Shown here piece by piece: positions 56,493 through 64,000 of a stretch of DNA of 64,000 bases. This DNA is from an uncultured virus (IMG/VR IMGVR_UViG_3300032322_002907). Lineage: Duplodnaviria > Heunggongvirae > Uroviricota > Caudoviricetes. The position numbers and the translations under genes were made by a program. Numbering within the stretch: the first letter of the stretch is position 1; the number at the start of each line of letters is the position of its first letter. The stretch is taken from the IMG/VR virus record IMGVR_UViG_3300032322_002907. One strand, given 5' to 3'. Below the pieces are notes generated by a model, which was given only the letters and a program-made list of their open reading frames with translations, ran no database searches and was not told the DNA's origin.

Positions 56493-57131
56493 TTACTTGG
56501 TATACATTACATCTGTTGTATCACCTAAACGCCATTTCGGATTCGTTTCAACAACATATTTTTTTGTACACACTTTGAAGTCAGGAAACAACATTTGTTT
56601 AGGATTGCTTGCTGCATCAAAGAATATGCACCGATTATTTGGTTGTGCTGCGTATTGCCCATTATCAAGTTCAATAAAATTAAACGACTTGTGATCTTCA
56701 GGCCACTCGCTATAACTTGTATCAATAAGGTTTAGATCGGGACTTGCATTATCAACAGTAAACAAATAGTTTCCCGAGTATGTTTGTTTATCTTTTGCAT
56801 AGAATTGGCATGATAAGTTTCGAAGAAACGCTTTCTGCATGATTGCAATATTATAACTGAAACAGTCCCATATTTGCAATGTATCCAACGATAAAAAGTC
56901 ATCAGGACTTAAATCATCTTTTCTATGGACAAATGCATTTAGAGGCAACTTGTCATATAGTGCACCATACCGAGGAAGGTATGCTTCAATACGAAACGCT
57001 TGACTTCTTAAACTTTTTATTGACACCCAAATACACGGTTCATATTCGCCGTGACCTTTTTCAAAATCATAAAGGAATTCACGGCGAATGTAACAATGCA
57101 CAGGGGGTAGATTGGCAATTAGAAAAGACAT
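56493..57131 (-). CDS. Conserved hypothetical protein between nrdA and thioredoxin
   Basis: ANLPP....R.EFLYD...GHGE, GA...LP..AF, LQ.WDCF, HK..N....NG..A.QPNNR. Confidence 0.7.
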   Translation of the reverse strand: MSFLIANLPPVHCYIRREFLYDFEKGHGEYEPCIWVSIKSLRSQAFRIEAYLPRYGALYDKLPLNAFVHRKDDLSPDDFLSLDTLQIWDCFSYNIAIMQKAFLRNLSCQFYAKDKQTYSGNYLFTVDNASPDLNLIDTSYSEWPEDHKSFNFIELDNGQYAAQPNNRCIFFDAASNPKQMLFPDFKVCTKKYVVETNPKWRLGDTTDVMYTK

Positions 57132-57132
57132 A

Positions 57133-58932
57133 TCATCCCTCGCAAGCCAAACATTCTTCGCCCAGTGCAAGAGCCTTTAGATCGACTTCTTGAATCACTT
57201 GTCTTTCAATCTTGTTCGATACTTTATCTGCCTTGCTGATTTTTTCTGACCTACAATAGTAAAGTGTTTTGAGACCTTGTTTCCATGCTTGAAAATGAAC
57301 TGCATGAAGATATTTTACACCTACATCTGGACGGAAAAAGAGGTTAATGGATTGTGCTTGGTCAATGAAACTTTGTCGCTGACTTGCGTGCTCCACAACC
57401 CATCGCTGGTCAATCTCCATAGACGTTTTGAATACGTCCTTTTCCCAGTCAGACAATATGTCAAGGTGCTGTACTGATCCATCGTTTGCAATAATACTTG
57501 ACCAGATTTCTTGATAATCCAATCGCTTGTCAGCATCACACTTCTCCTTGATTATTTTGTCTAAGAACTTATTCTTGTTAAGATGAGCCCCTGATAGAGT
57601 ATCTTGGCGATAAGCATTAGCACGATAAGGCTCGACGGAAGGACTTGTGTTACCCATAATAATACTAGAGCTAGCGTTAGGGGCGATAGCCATCGTATGT
57701 GAGAATCTACGTCCGGTTCCTTTGGCATCAGGAGCTTCGCCACGCTCTGAACCCAACTCCAAATTTGCTGCATCTAATTTTACTTTTACATTATTAAAAA
57801 TCTTCTTGTTTACACTTACTGCGAGGGATGATTCCCAGGGGATGTTTTTCTTTTGTAGATATGCATGAAAACCGAGGGCACCAATACCAATAGAGCGTTC
57901 CATAGTAGCAGAATATCTTGCTCGTGATATGCTATCAGGAGCATTATCAATGAAATACTGTAGAACGTTATCAAGCATCTCCGCCACGTCCCGAAGAAAA
58001 AGTTCGTTATCTTTCCAATCATCATAATACTCCAAATTCAAAGAGGATAAACAACACACGGCTGTTCGATCCTTATCTGTGGGAAGAACAATTTCACTGC
58101 AAAGGTTTGATTGTTTTACACTTAGACCTAATTTCTTTTGAAAGTCAGGCAAGTGCCTGTTACTTGTATCGATAAAATGAATATAAGGTTCGCCCGTATG
58201 CATTCGCATCTCAAGAATGCGTTGCCAAAGTTCTTTTGCTGATACTACCTCGCGAACATCACCGTTATGAGGATCTTTCAATTCCCATGAATCATCGGCT
58301 GATGGGTCCAACATACACTTTTCAATGATTTGCATAAAGTCATCGGTGATGTTAATCCCATGATGCAAGTTTAACGCTCGCATATTAGGATCACCTGTTG
58401 CTTTTCGCATTTCAAGGAAGAGATGAATATCAGGGTGGGAAACATCAAGATATGCAGCATAAGAACCACGGCGAGTGCGACCTTGACGATATGCCAGCGA
58501 GGAGGCATCGTAAGTACGCAAGTGAGGCATAACGCCAACAGACTTGTCATCAGCAGAACGTATTCCAATACCAATTCCAATTCCGCCTCCTAACATTGAA
58601 AGCCAGTTTACCTCTGAAAGACATTCCACCAAACCTTCTGCGCTATCATGGAGATAGGGTAGAAAACATGAAATAGGCAAGCCACGGCGAGAACGCCCAA
58701 AAGACAAAATGGGAGTAGAATAACTGAGCCAATGCTGACTGCTGTACTCATATAACCTTTGAGCGTGTTCCGGCGAGGAAGAGAAAGTTTTTGAGACATA
58801 TGCGAACCTTTCTTGTGGTGATGTTTCATCCTCTCGCATATATGATTCTTTTAAACGCTTTAAACCCAATTCATCAAACAATGCATCTCGTGAATAGTCT
58901 AATACAATACCATGCAAAACATTTTTGCTCAT
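57133..58932 (-). CDS. nrdA: Ribonucleotide reductase class Ia alpha subunit (no ATP cone)
   Basis: PISCF, QG..RRG, SNLCSEI, APNASSS, KTLYY, C-terminal C..CEG. Confidence 0.95.
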   Translation of the reverse strand: MSKNVLHGIVLDYSRDALFDELGLKRLKESYMREDETSPQERFAYVSKTFSSSPEHAQRLYEYSSQHWLSYSTPILSFGRSRRGLPISCFLPYLHDSAEGLVECLSEVNWLSMLGGGIGIGIGIRSADDKSVGVMPHLRTYDASSLAYRQGRTRRGSYAAYLDVSHPDIHLFLEMRKATGDPNMRALNLHHGINITDDFMQIIEKCMLDPSADDSWELKDPHNGDVREVVSAKELWQRILEMRMHTGEPYIHFIDTSNRHLPDFQKKLGLSVKQSNLCSEIVLPTDKDRTAVCCLSSLNLEYYDDWKDNELFLRDVAEMLDNVLQYFIDNAPDSISRARYSATMERSIGIGALGFHAYLQKKNIPWESSLAVSVNKKIFNNVKVKLDAANLELGSERGEAPDAKGTGRRFSHTMAIAPNASSSIIMGNTSPSVEPYRANAYRQDTLSGAHLNKNKFLDKIIKEKCDADKRLDYQEIWSSIIANDGSVQHLDILSDWEKDVFKTSMEIDQRWVVEHASQRQSFIDQAQSINLFFRPDVGVKYLHAVHFQAWKQGLKTLYYCRSEKISKADKVSNKIERQVIQEVDLKALALGEECLACEG

Positions 58933-58949
58933 GTAGAATCCTGTTTTAA

Positions 58950-59318
58950 TTATTTTTCTAAAATTTGTTTTATGTTTGGAGGTGAATATGTATCAGGTTT
59001 CAAAACCTTGCCATCCTCGCGCTTTAGTAGAACACCATCTTTCATTTTTGAAAAGTTTGATCGTGCAACTTCGTCCCATACTTTTTGGATAGGAATACCC
59101 AACGAATGACAAAGACCTTCAATAACCCAAATCAAATCAGCACAAGCATCTGCAGTTTCAACAATATCAAAATGTTTAAATGCATATGAAAGTTCATAAA
59201 ATTCTTCACGAACTAAATCAAAGTACAACATTGATTGTTGATTAAATGGTTGTAAATCTTCATGTACATTTTGTTTTCCTGCTTGCATAAACTTTGCAAC
59301 ATCATCGCGTGTATTCAT
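58950..59318 (-). CDS. MazG-like / PRA-PH-type NTP pyrophosphohydrolase
   Basis: EE..EL, E.ADA..DL..V, EV..SN.SK, REDGKVLKP. Confidence 0.85.
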   Translation of the reverse strand: MNTRDDVAKFMQAGKQNVHEDLQPFNQQSMLYFDLVREEFYELSYAFKHFDIVETADACADLIWVIEGLCHSLGIPIQKVWDEVARSNFSKMKDGVLLKREDGKVLKPDTYSPPNIKQILEK

Positions 59319-59320
59319 TG

Positions 59321-60004
59321 TTACTCCTGAACAAATTCAGCAGCCATTGGAAAACATTTTGCAATAACATCAGCACACGCCTTTGCAATTTCAATATGTT
59401 CTTTTTGTGTTCCGTTTCCGGATCTGAGTTCAATATAATGCACCCATGATCTTAATGTACCGTTTATGTATAAGCGAGAAATTGTGTTACCTTCAGGAAG
59501 AACAGCTCGAGCAACTTCCTTTGCAATGCCCTTTGAAACCGCCCACTCATAAGCATTCTTTGCTTCAATGATAACACGTTGTTGCATCATTTCCCATTGA
59601 TAAGCAAGTTGACGATCTGTATCATCACGCAAATTTAATTCTACACTATTTTGTCGATTGTTGGTGTCTTGGTATCTTGCTTCTCGTAATACGAAAGCCA
59701 ATTCTTTGGTGGGGTCGGCGTATCTTTGACTAAATTCCTGAAAGCTAAAACTTCGATGGCGCAAAATTTGTCGAGCAATATCTCTTGTGGTTTCAACCTC
59801 GAGGCAGGCTGAGACCATTTCGAGAGGTGACCAGTGTTTGTGCTTTGTGAGGTATCTGATGAGCTTTTCAGATGTTTGAGTGTTGAATTGGTTCGCAGGA
59901 TTGGAGACACGGGCGCAATAGGCGATAAGTTCTTGAACATCATACATACCTTCCTTTTGCAGTTCAGTCGACGGTTTAGAATAACTAATTAAGTTTACTT
60001 TCAT
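59321..60004 (-). CDS. thyX: Flavin-dependent thymidylate synthase
   Basis: RQILRHRSFSFQEFSQRY, KE.AR.VLP, RSW.HY..LR, Q.EH. Confidence 0.96.
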   Translation of the reverse strand: MKVNLISYSKPSTELQKEGMYDVQELIAYCARVSNPANQFNTQTSEKLIRYLTKHKHWSPLEMVSACLEVETTRDIARQILRHRSFSFQEFSQRYADPTKELAFVLREARYQDTNNRQNSVELNLRDDTDRQLAYQWEMMQQRVIIEAKNAYEWAVSKGIAKEVARAVLPEGNTISRLYINGTLRSWVHYIELRSGNGTQKEHIEIAKACADVIAKCFPMAAEFVQE

Positions 60005-60261
60005 TTATATTCCCATTCACATGTTTGATCAAAACTTTTTTCTTGCATTGTCTTTTCACCCCAGACATGCCGTGGGTTATCACACATAATGCATTTTGGG
60101 TTACCACAATTTAGTACATGGTGTTTAGCAAATCTATGTGGTTGTTCAGTGTATTTTTCATCCATACCATATTGTTTTGCAATACGTACTTGTTTTTTAA
60201 TTGCGTTTTCCTCTTTAAGAATTCTACGTGATCTTTTAGATTTGGTTTCTTCGTCACTCAT
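60001..60261 (-). CDS. Conserved small Cys-containing hypothetical protein
   Basis: HR..K.H...CGNP.C.MC.NPR. Confidence 0.65.
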   Translation of the reverse strand: MSDEETKSKRSRRILKEENAIKKQVRIAKQYGMDEKYTEQPHRFAKHHVLNCGNPKCIMCDNPRHVWGEKTMQEKSFDQTCEWEYK

Positions 60262-61281
60262 TTAACACCTTTTCCAAGCGTAGAAGTTAGCACGCGCCTG
60301 CAATCCGCGAAAAGTATTCTTATCAATTAACGACTGTACATATGCAAGTGATTTCCCTGCTTTCACAATGTCATTAATATCTTTTTCCTTAAGAGATTGA
60401 GGCCAGATCACAACATTGTAGTCCTTTTCAACCAAATTCTCAATTACCTTACATACTTCTTTATTCCTCGGCTGATTGTCCACAATGACTGTCATATTAT
60501 CTTTTGAATATTCTAGAAGTTCCAACTTATTAAAACCTGTTCCAATCACGGCGATTGCATTAGGTAAAAACAAACTATCAATAGGACCTTCTGTGACATA
60601 TATATGCTTCTTTGAATTTACACTCTCACGACCAAAAACAAGTAACTCATCTTGCTTTATTTTTACAGTTATGTATCTAAGTTCTTCGTTTCCCAATGCT
60701 CGACAAGTTACACCTGCTAATTGTAAATTATTATCATATAAAGGCATAACCAAGCGAGGCTCTTCACCTTTTATACGATTCTTCATTGACTCAGATATTT
60801 GTTCGATCCTTTTGATATTATCAATAAAGTACAATGATTTAAACTTATCTGTGGGTATTTTTCTTTCGTGACAATACTTTGTTGCAAGGTGATCTTCAGG
60901 CAGCGTATCAAGGCGATCAAAAAGTTCATCGATTAAACTTTTTTTCTCCACAACAGGTTCGACAAATTTGAATTGTGGTGTTTTGTGTGCCTTATTCGGA
61001 GCAGCTCCGTCTGCATATCTTTCCAATGCGTATTGTGAGTATAACGTCTGATCTGTTTGTTTTAGAAATGTTCCAAAGTGTATCGATACAGAACAATTGT
61101 GACACTTCATAAACATATCGTTTTTAACTTTATAGAAGTAACCCCTTGCTTTTGACTTTTTTGATGATGAGTCGCCGCAAATGGTACAACGAAAGTTAAA
61201 AAGATAATCACCCTTTCTTTTAAAGAGAGGTAGACGACCTGAAAGGAAATTAATATATTTTAGATCAATGTATAACGACAT
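60262..61281 (-). CDS. gp61: DNA primase gp61
   Basis: FRC..CGDS...K.K.RG, CHNC, Y.T.K, EGPIDSLF..N, DN.PRN..I, KD.ND. Confidence 0.95.
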   Translation of the reverse strand: MSLYIDLKYINFLSGRLPLFKRKGDYLFNFRCTICGDSSSKKSKARGYFYKVKNDMFMKCHNCSVSIHFGTFLKQTDQTLYSQYALERYADGAAPNKAHKTPQFKFVEPVVEKKSLIDELFDRLDTLPEDHLATKYCHERKIPTDKFKSLYFIDNIKRIEQISESMKNRIKGEEPRLVMPLYDNNLQLAGVTCRALGNEELRYITVKIKQDELLVFGRESVNSKKHIYVTEGPIDSLFLPNAIAVIGTGFNKLELLEYSKDNMTVIVDNQPRNKEVCKVIENLVEKDYNVVIWPQSLKEKDINDIVKAGKSLAYVQSLIDKNTFRGLQARANFYAWKRC

Positions 61282-61301
61282 GATAGGCCTCCTTGAAACC
61301 T

Positions 61302-61330
61302 ATCATAGTACACTACAACCAATTTGTCAA
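61302..61330 (-). promoter_or_regulatory. sigma70 promoter TTGACA-N17-TATGAT upstream of primase
   Basis: Hexamers at 61325-30 and 61302-07; AGGAGG RBS follows. Confidence 0.6.
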
Positions 61331-61632
61331 TTTGATTTTTTCTTTGGTGTGCGCTTTTTAGCAGGAGCTTTTTTCTTTTCAGGTTTAGCTTCAACCGCAG
61401 GAGCAACTTCAACTGTCGATGTTGTTACTGTCAACGTCGCTTCGTGTTTTACTTCATCAAATTTTAACTCAAGCTGTTTGGGTTCTTCTTTTACAACCGG
61501 AACAGGTTCTTCTTTTACAACCGGAACAGGTTCTTCTTTTTTAACCTCAACAACAGGAGGCGGTGCGGGTGTATCCTCTTTAGGGAGGGGGACACCAAAG
61601 AAGTAATTTTTAAATTTTGCCCATGAATTCAT
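61327..61632 (-). CDS. Low-complexity Pro/Glu/Lys-rich protein with tandem KEEPVPVV repeat
   Basis: 24-bp direct repeat near 61481-61540; basic C-terminal tail. Confidence 0.6.
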   Translation of the reverse strand: MNSWAKFKNYFFGVPLPKEDTPAPPPVVEVKKEEPVPVVKEEPVPVVKEEPKQLELKFDEVKHEATLTVTTSTVEVAPAVEAKPEKKKAPAKKRTPKKKSN

Positions 61633-62164
61633 CTTTTTTCTTCCTTCTAAACATGTTAAGTTTATTCATCTTCGGTACAGGAGGTTCATCGGGAGGAAGG
61701 CCTGCTATCCCTCCAGATACCGCAGCATTATTGGCGGGTGCTCCGCCATCTTCTTCATCAAGATACTGTTTGAATGTCATTGAATATTTATTGTTGAAGA
61801 AATTCTCGACTAACGTTGTATCATGTTCTTGTTTAAGAGACTCTAAGAACATTCTTTCAAGATCAATAGGTTCTACACCTTTTTCATACTGTTCACGTAT
61901 GAGCGCGAAAGCGGCTGCGTAAGAGAGAAATTTTTTATTTTCGACAGGAACTTTTTCAATGATTCGCTTCAAACGAAACACAAGACGATGTAGAAGGCTG
62001 TATGCATCTCGTTCTTCAGTTGTTTTTAACTGAACTGCTTTTTTAAGGATCTTACCCTTTGCATCTATAATACCTAAACGAAAAGCATCTGTCTTGTCAA
62101 ATGGTGTGACAAGCATCTTTAAGATACGATAGACAATCGCGGCGTCGATAAAACGATTTGGCAT
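61610..62164 (-). CDS. Conserved T4-like hypothetical protein
   Basis: YR.LK.L.TPF....A..LGIID..G, HRLVF.LKR, N....G.IAG....PP. Confidence 0.7.
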   Translation of the reverse strand: MPNRFIDAAIVYRILKMLVTPFDKTDAFRLGIIDAKGKILKKAVQLKTTEERDAYSLLHRLVFRLKRIIEKVPVENKKFLSYAAAFALIREQYEKGVEPIDLERMFLESLKQEHDTTLVENFFNNKYSMTFKQYLDEEDGGAPANNAAVSGGIAGLPPDEPPVPKMNKLNMFRRKKKDEFMGKI

Positions 62165-62547
62165 TAAATGACTCTTAGTTTGTTAATTACTTCTGTATCC
62201 AAAGGTATATCAGATTCGTTTACTCCAGTATATAAAATGACATTTTCGGGCATAATGTTTAAAAATACTAGGAAGGTTTTCAAAGTAGGCCAGTGCTTTT
62301 TGTCAATTTTATAAAACAACATTTTAACAGATGCTTCAGGCCCAAACAAGTTACTAATTACAATAATATGATTCAAAAGTAATCTTTCTTTCAAACCCTT
62401 CCCTGCATGATAACGCCCCAACAGTCGTTTTACATACTTAAACTTTTTCATATCCTCATTGAATTCAGATAGTCCCTTACATGCGGGGTTATCGTAATTC
62501 TTTATAGCAAATATTAAAAAGTTATCTTCAGTCAAGTCAAAAATCAT
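62164..62547 (-). CDS. Conserved T4-like hypothetical protein
   Basis: NF..FA...Y.NP.C....EF..D...F.Y.KRL, ERL.LNH.I...N.FG, LK.FL..L. Confidence 0.75.
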   Translation of the reverse strand: MIFDLTEDNFLIFAIKNYDNPACKGLSEFNEDMKKFKYVKRLLGRYHAGKGLKERLLLNHIIVISNLFGPEASVKMLFYKIDKKHWPTLKTFLVFLNIMPENVILYTGVNESDIPLDTEVINKLRVI

Positions 62548-62548
62548 T

Positions 62549-62818
62549 TTACCAAGTGGTTAGTGCTACTCTCTTCCAAACGTTCGCAGAACCTGTATAG
62601 TCTGCTGTACAAATGTAAAGGTAGTTCGTATCAAATGCAATCATGCCTTTTTTGTCACCTGCGGCTCCTACAGTTGCTGCAGGTGCTGTTTTAACTTGTG
62701 TAAGAGCCGCAATTACATTGCCTGCACTGATTTTTCTGCTGTTTCCACCCGATACTACATAAAGTAGATCAGAGGAAACAACAGAGTTCGTTGCAGTTTG
62801 TTCAGAAAGTTTAGGCAT
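62549..62818 (-). CDS. Small virion fibre-like protein
   Basis: P....G..GD..G.IA.D..Y.Y.C.......W.R..L..W motif. Confidence 0.65.
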   Translation of the reverse strand: MPKLSEQTATNSVVSSDLLYVVSGGNSRKISAGNVIAALTQVKTAPAATVGAAGDKKGMIAFDTNYLYICTADYTGSANVWKRVALTTW

Positions 62819-63386
62819 TCCGATCTCTTAATACTGTATCATCATCAGCATCAACTAACAAGTTACCTGTTGTTGGTGACAATGATGCATTTGCTGTATC
62901 ATCACGGTTAAAGTTCTTCGACATTGCAACCAATGTTTCAGTCTTTACACGGCGAGCACCATAGCCGTCTGTCCAAACAATCTGATGAATCCAACCAGGT
63001 TGATTGATGTTGTTGGCTTTATTCATTGTGTTGCCCGCTTCATTAGAATCAACACCAAATACTTTTTGAATTGTATAAGCGTTGCCACGAACGTTTTCAA
63101 CAACATTAATATACTTAGGACCTTGTTGAACATTTGCTCTTACATTTGCAGTTGATCCACCATATGTAGTCGAAAGATTTAATGATGTATTTGAAAGAAC
63201 ATTGGCGACGTAGTATTTTACAGTTGAATTGCCTTGTACAGGACCAAAGGCAATGTAATCACCTGGTTTAACTTCGCTTAAAAATAATGTAGCGTTACCT
63301 AATGAATTAGAAACGGCAAAACTGCCGTTTGTTACTCTGACATTAGCTGTCAGTTGCTTGCTATCTAGTTTTCCCCAAGATGACAT
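62811..63386 (-). CDS. Virion structural protein
   Basis: MS.WG..D, .FGVD..E, .GW......D..G..R.K.E.LVAM. Confidence 0.65.
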   Translation of the reverse strand: MSSWGKLDSKQLTANVRVTNGSFAVSNSLGNATLFLSEVKPGDYIAFGPVQGNSTVKYYVANVLSNTSLNLSTTYGGSTANVRANVQQGPKYINVVENVRGNAYTIQKVFGVDSNEAGNTMNKANNINQPGWIHQIVWTDGYGARRVKTETLVAMSKNFNRDDTANASLSPTTGNLLVDADDDTVLRDRNA

Positions 63387-63397
63387 TTAATGTCTCC

Positions 63398-63931
63398 TTA
63401 ATCTTCTAATGGATTTGTTTCGTTAGGTTTTTGAGCTTGACCTAAACTTTGAACACGTCTTACGTTTCCCTGATATATGTATTTACGACGCATTCCAGAT
63501 TTATCTGTGACAACGTATGCAGCGTAAGGTTGCCCATTCATTGTTTTTCTTTCTATGCCTGTCACCTTATTTCCACCTTTTTGATGAGCATAGATTTTAT
63601 CTTGAAGTTCACTATATGTAAGTTCAGAAATAACGAATTCCTCTTGACCTTCGACAAACATTTGTTCAACAAAAGTTAAGAAAGGCATTAGAGTTTCATC
63701 GTCTAATTCCTTCAGGGATTCAATACCTTCAGCTTGCATGGCAGCTTTTAGGTAATGTTCGTATGTTAGTGTTTCAGGTAGGTCAATAGTAAATGCATTA
63801 CGTGATTCAACAATTTCTGATATTGAATCAACATCTAATTCTTCTTGTATTGAAGCCTTTGCGGCGCTTAGCGAAGGATATGATTTTCCTTTTTTATCAC
63901 CCATGTAAACAGTAAATTTGTCATTCGCCAT
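63398..63931 (-). CDS. Hypothetical protein
   Basis: 177-aa ORF in the late cluster. Confidence 0.55.
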   Translation of the reverse strand: MANDKFTVYMGDKKGKSYPSLSAAKASIQEELDVDSISEIVESRNAFTIDLPETLTYEHYLKAAMQAEGIESLKELDDETLMPFLTFVEQMFVEGQEEFVISELTYSELQDKIYAHQKGGNKVTGIERKTMNGQPYAAYVVTDKSGMRRKYIYQGNVRRVQSLGQAQKPNETNPLED

Positions 63932-64000
63932 TTTTTCAATTGTATGCCCATTGCCTTTCCAAACAACTGGACCATCAGATTCGGCGACAATAGATTCTTC

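Noticed and set aside
61481..61540. 24-bp tandem repeat as a mini-array
   Set aside because: It is an in-frame coding repeat (KEEPVPVV) in a low-complexity protein, with no spacers.
1..64000. Alternative genetic code / stop-codon reassignment
   Set aside because: Core genes are full length under code 11, and TAA, TGA and TAG all act as stops, often in ATGA overlaps.

Overview
A 64 kb segment of a large T4-like (Tevenvirinae/Kyanoviridae-style) myophage genome, AT-rich, standard genetic code, almost entirely on the minus strand. From left to right: (1) 1-14.5 kb, a fibre cluster with two giant Cys-rich beta-repeat fibres. One starts at a GTG (4761), runs off the left edge and is missing from the ORF track. 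(2) 14.5-33.2 kb, baseplate genes: a DUF4815/VrlC-like gene split in two, gp8, gp7-like, gp6, gp25, PAAR, gp5 with two lytic domains, gp27-like, gp53, gp48. (3) 33.2-37.5 kb, a + strand late operon: gp4, gp2, gp54-like, gp26, 'gp51', gp29/tape-measure-like. (4) gp32, gp59, gp33, a SleB-type hydrolase cassette and a circularly permuted (two-piece) tmRNA. (5) 41-55 kb, early/accessory genes (PhoH, exonuclease, DsbA, RNase H, many small ORFs) with sigma70 promoters. (6) dCMP deaminase, nrdB, thioredoxin, nrdA, MazG-like, thyX, primase and conserved late genes. Top observations: a textbook -1 programmed frameshift signal (A_AAU_UUU_UUC, 5-nt spacer, GNRA hairpin) that would fuse gp26 to the start-less 'gp51' frame just upstream of the tape-measure-like gene, i.e. 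a lambda G/GT-type tail assembly chaperone in a T4-like phage; a late-promoter-driven two-piece tmRNA (tag ANESVFDVALAA); a palindromic GTTGYR-N4-WACAAC element at early promoters; and orphan antitoxin-like domains. All family assignments come from motif recognition and synteny; no database search was run.
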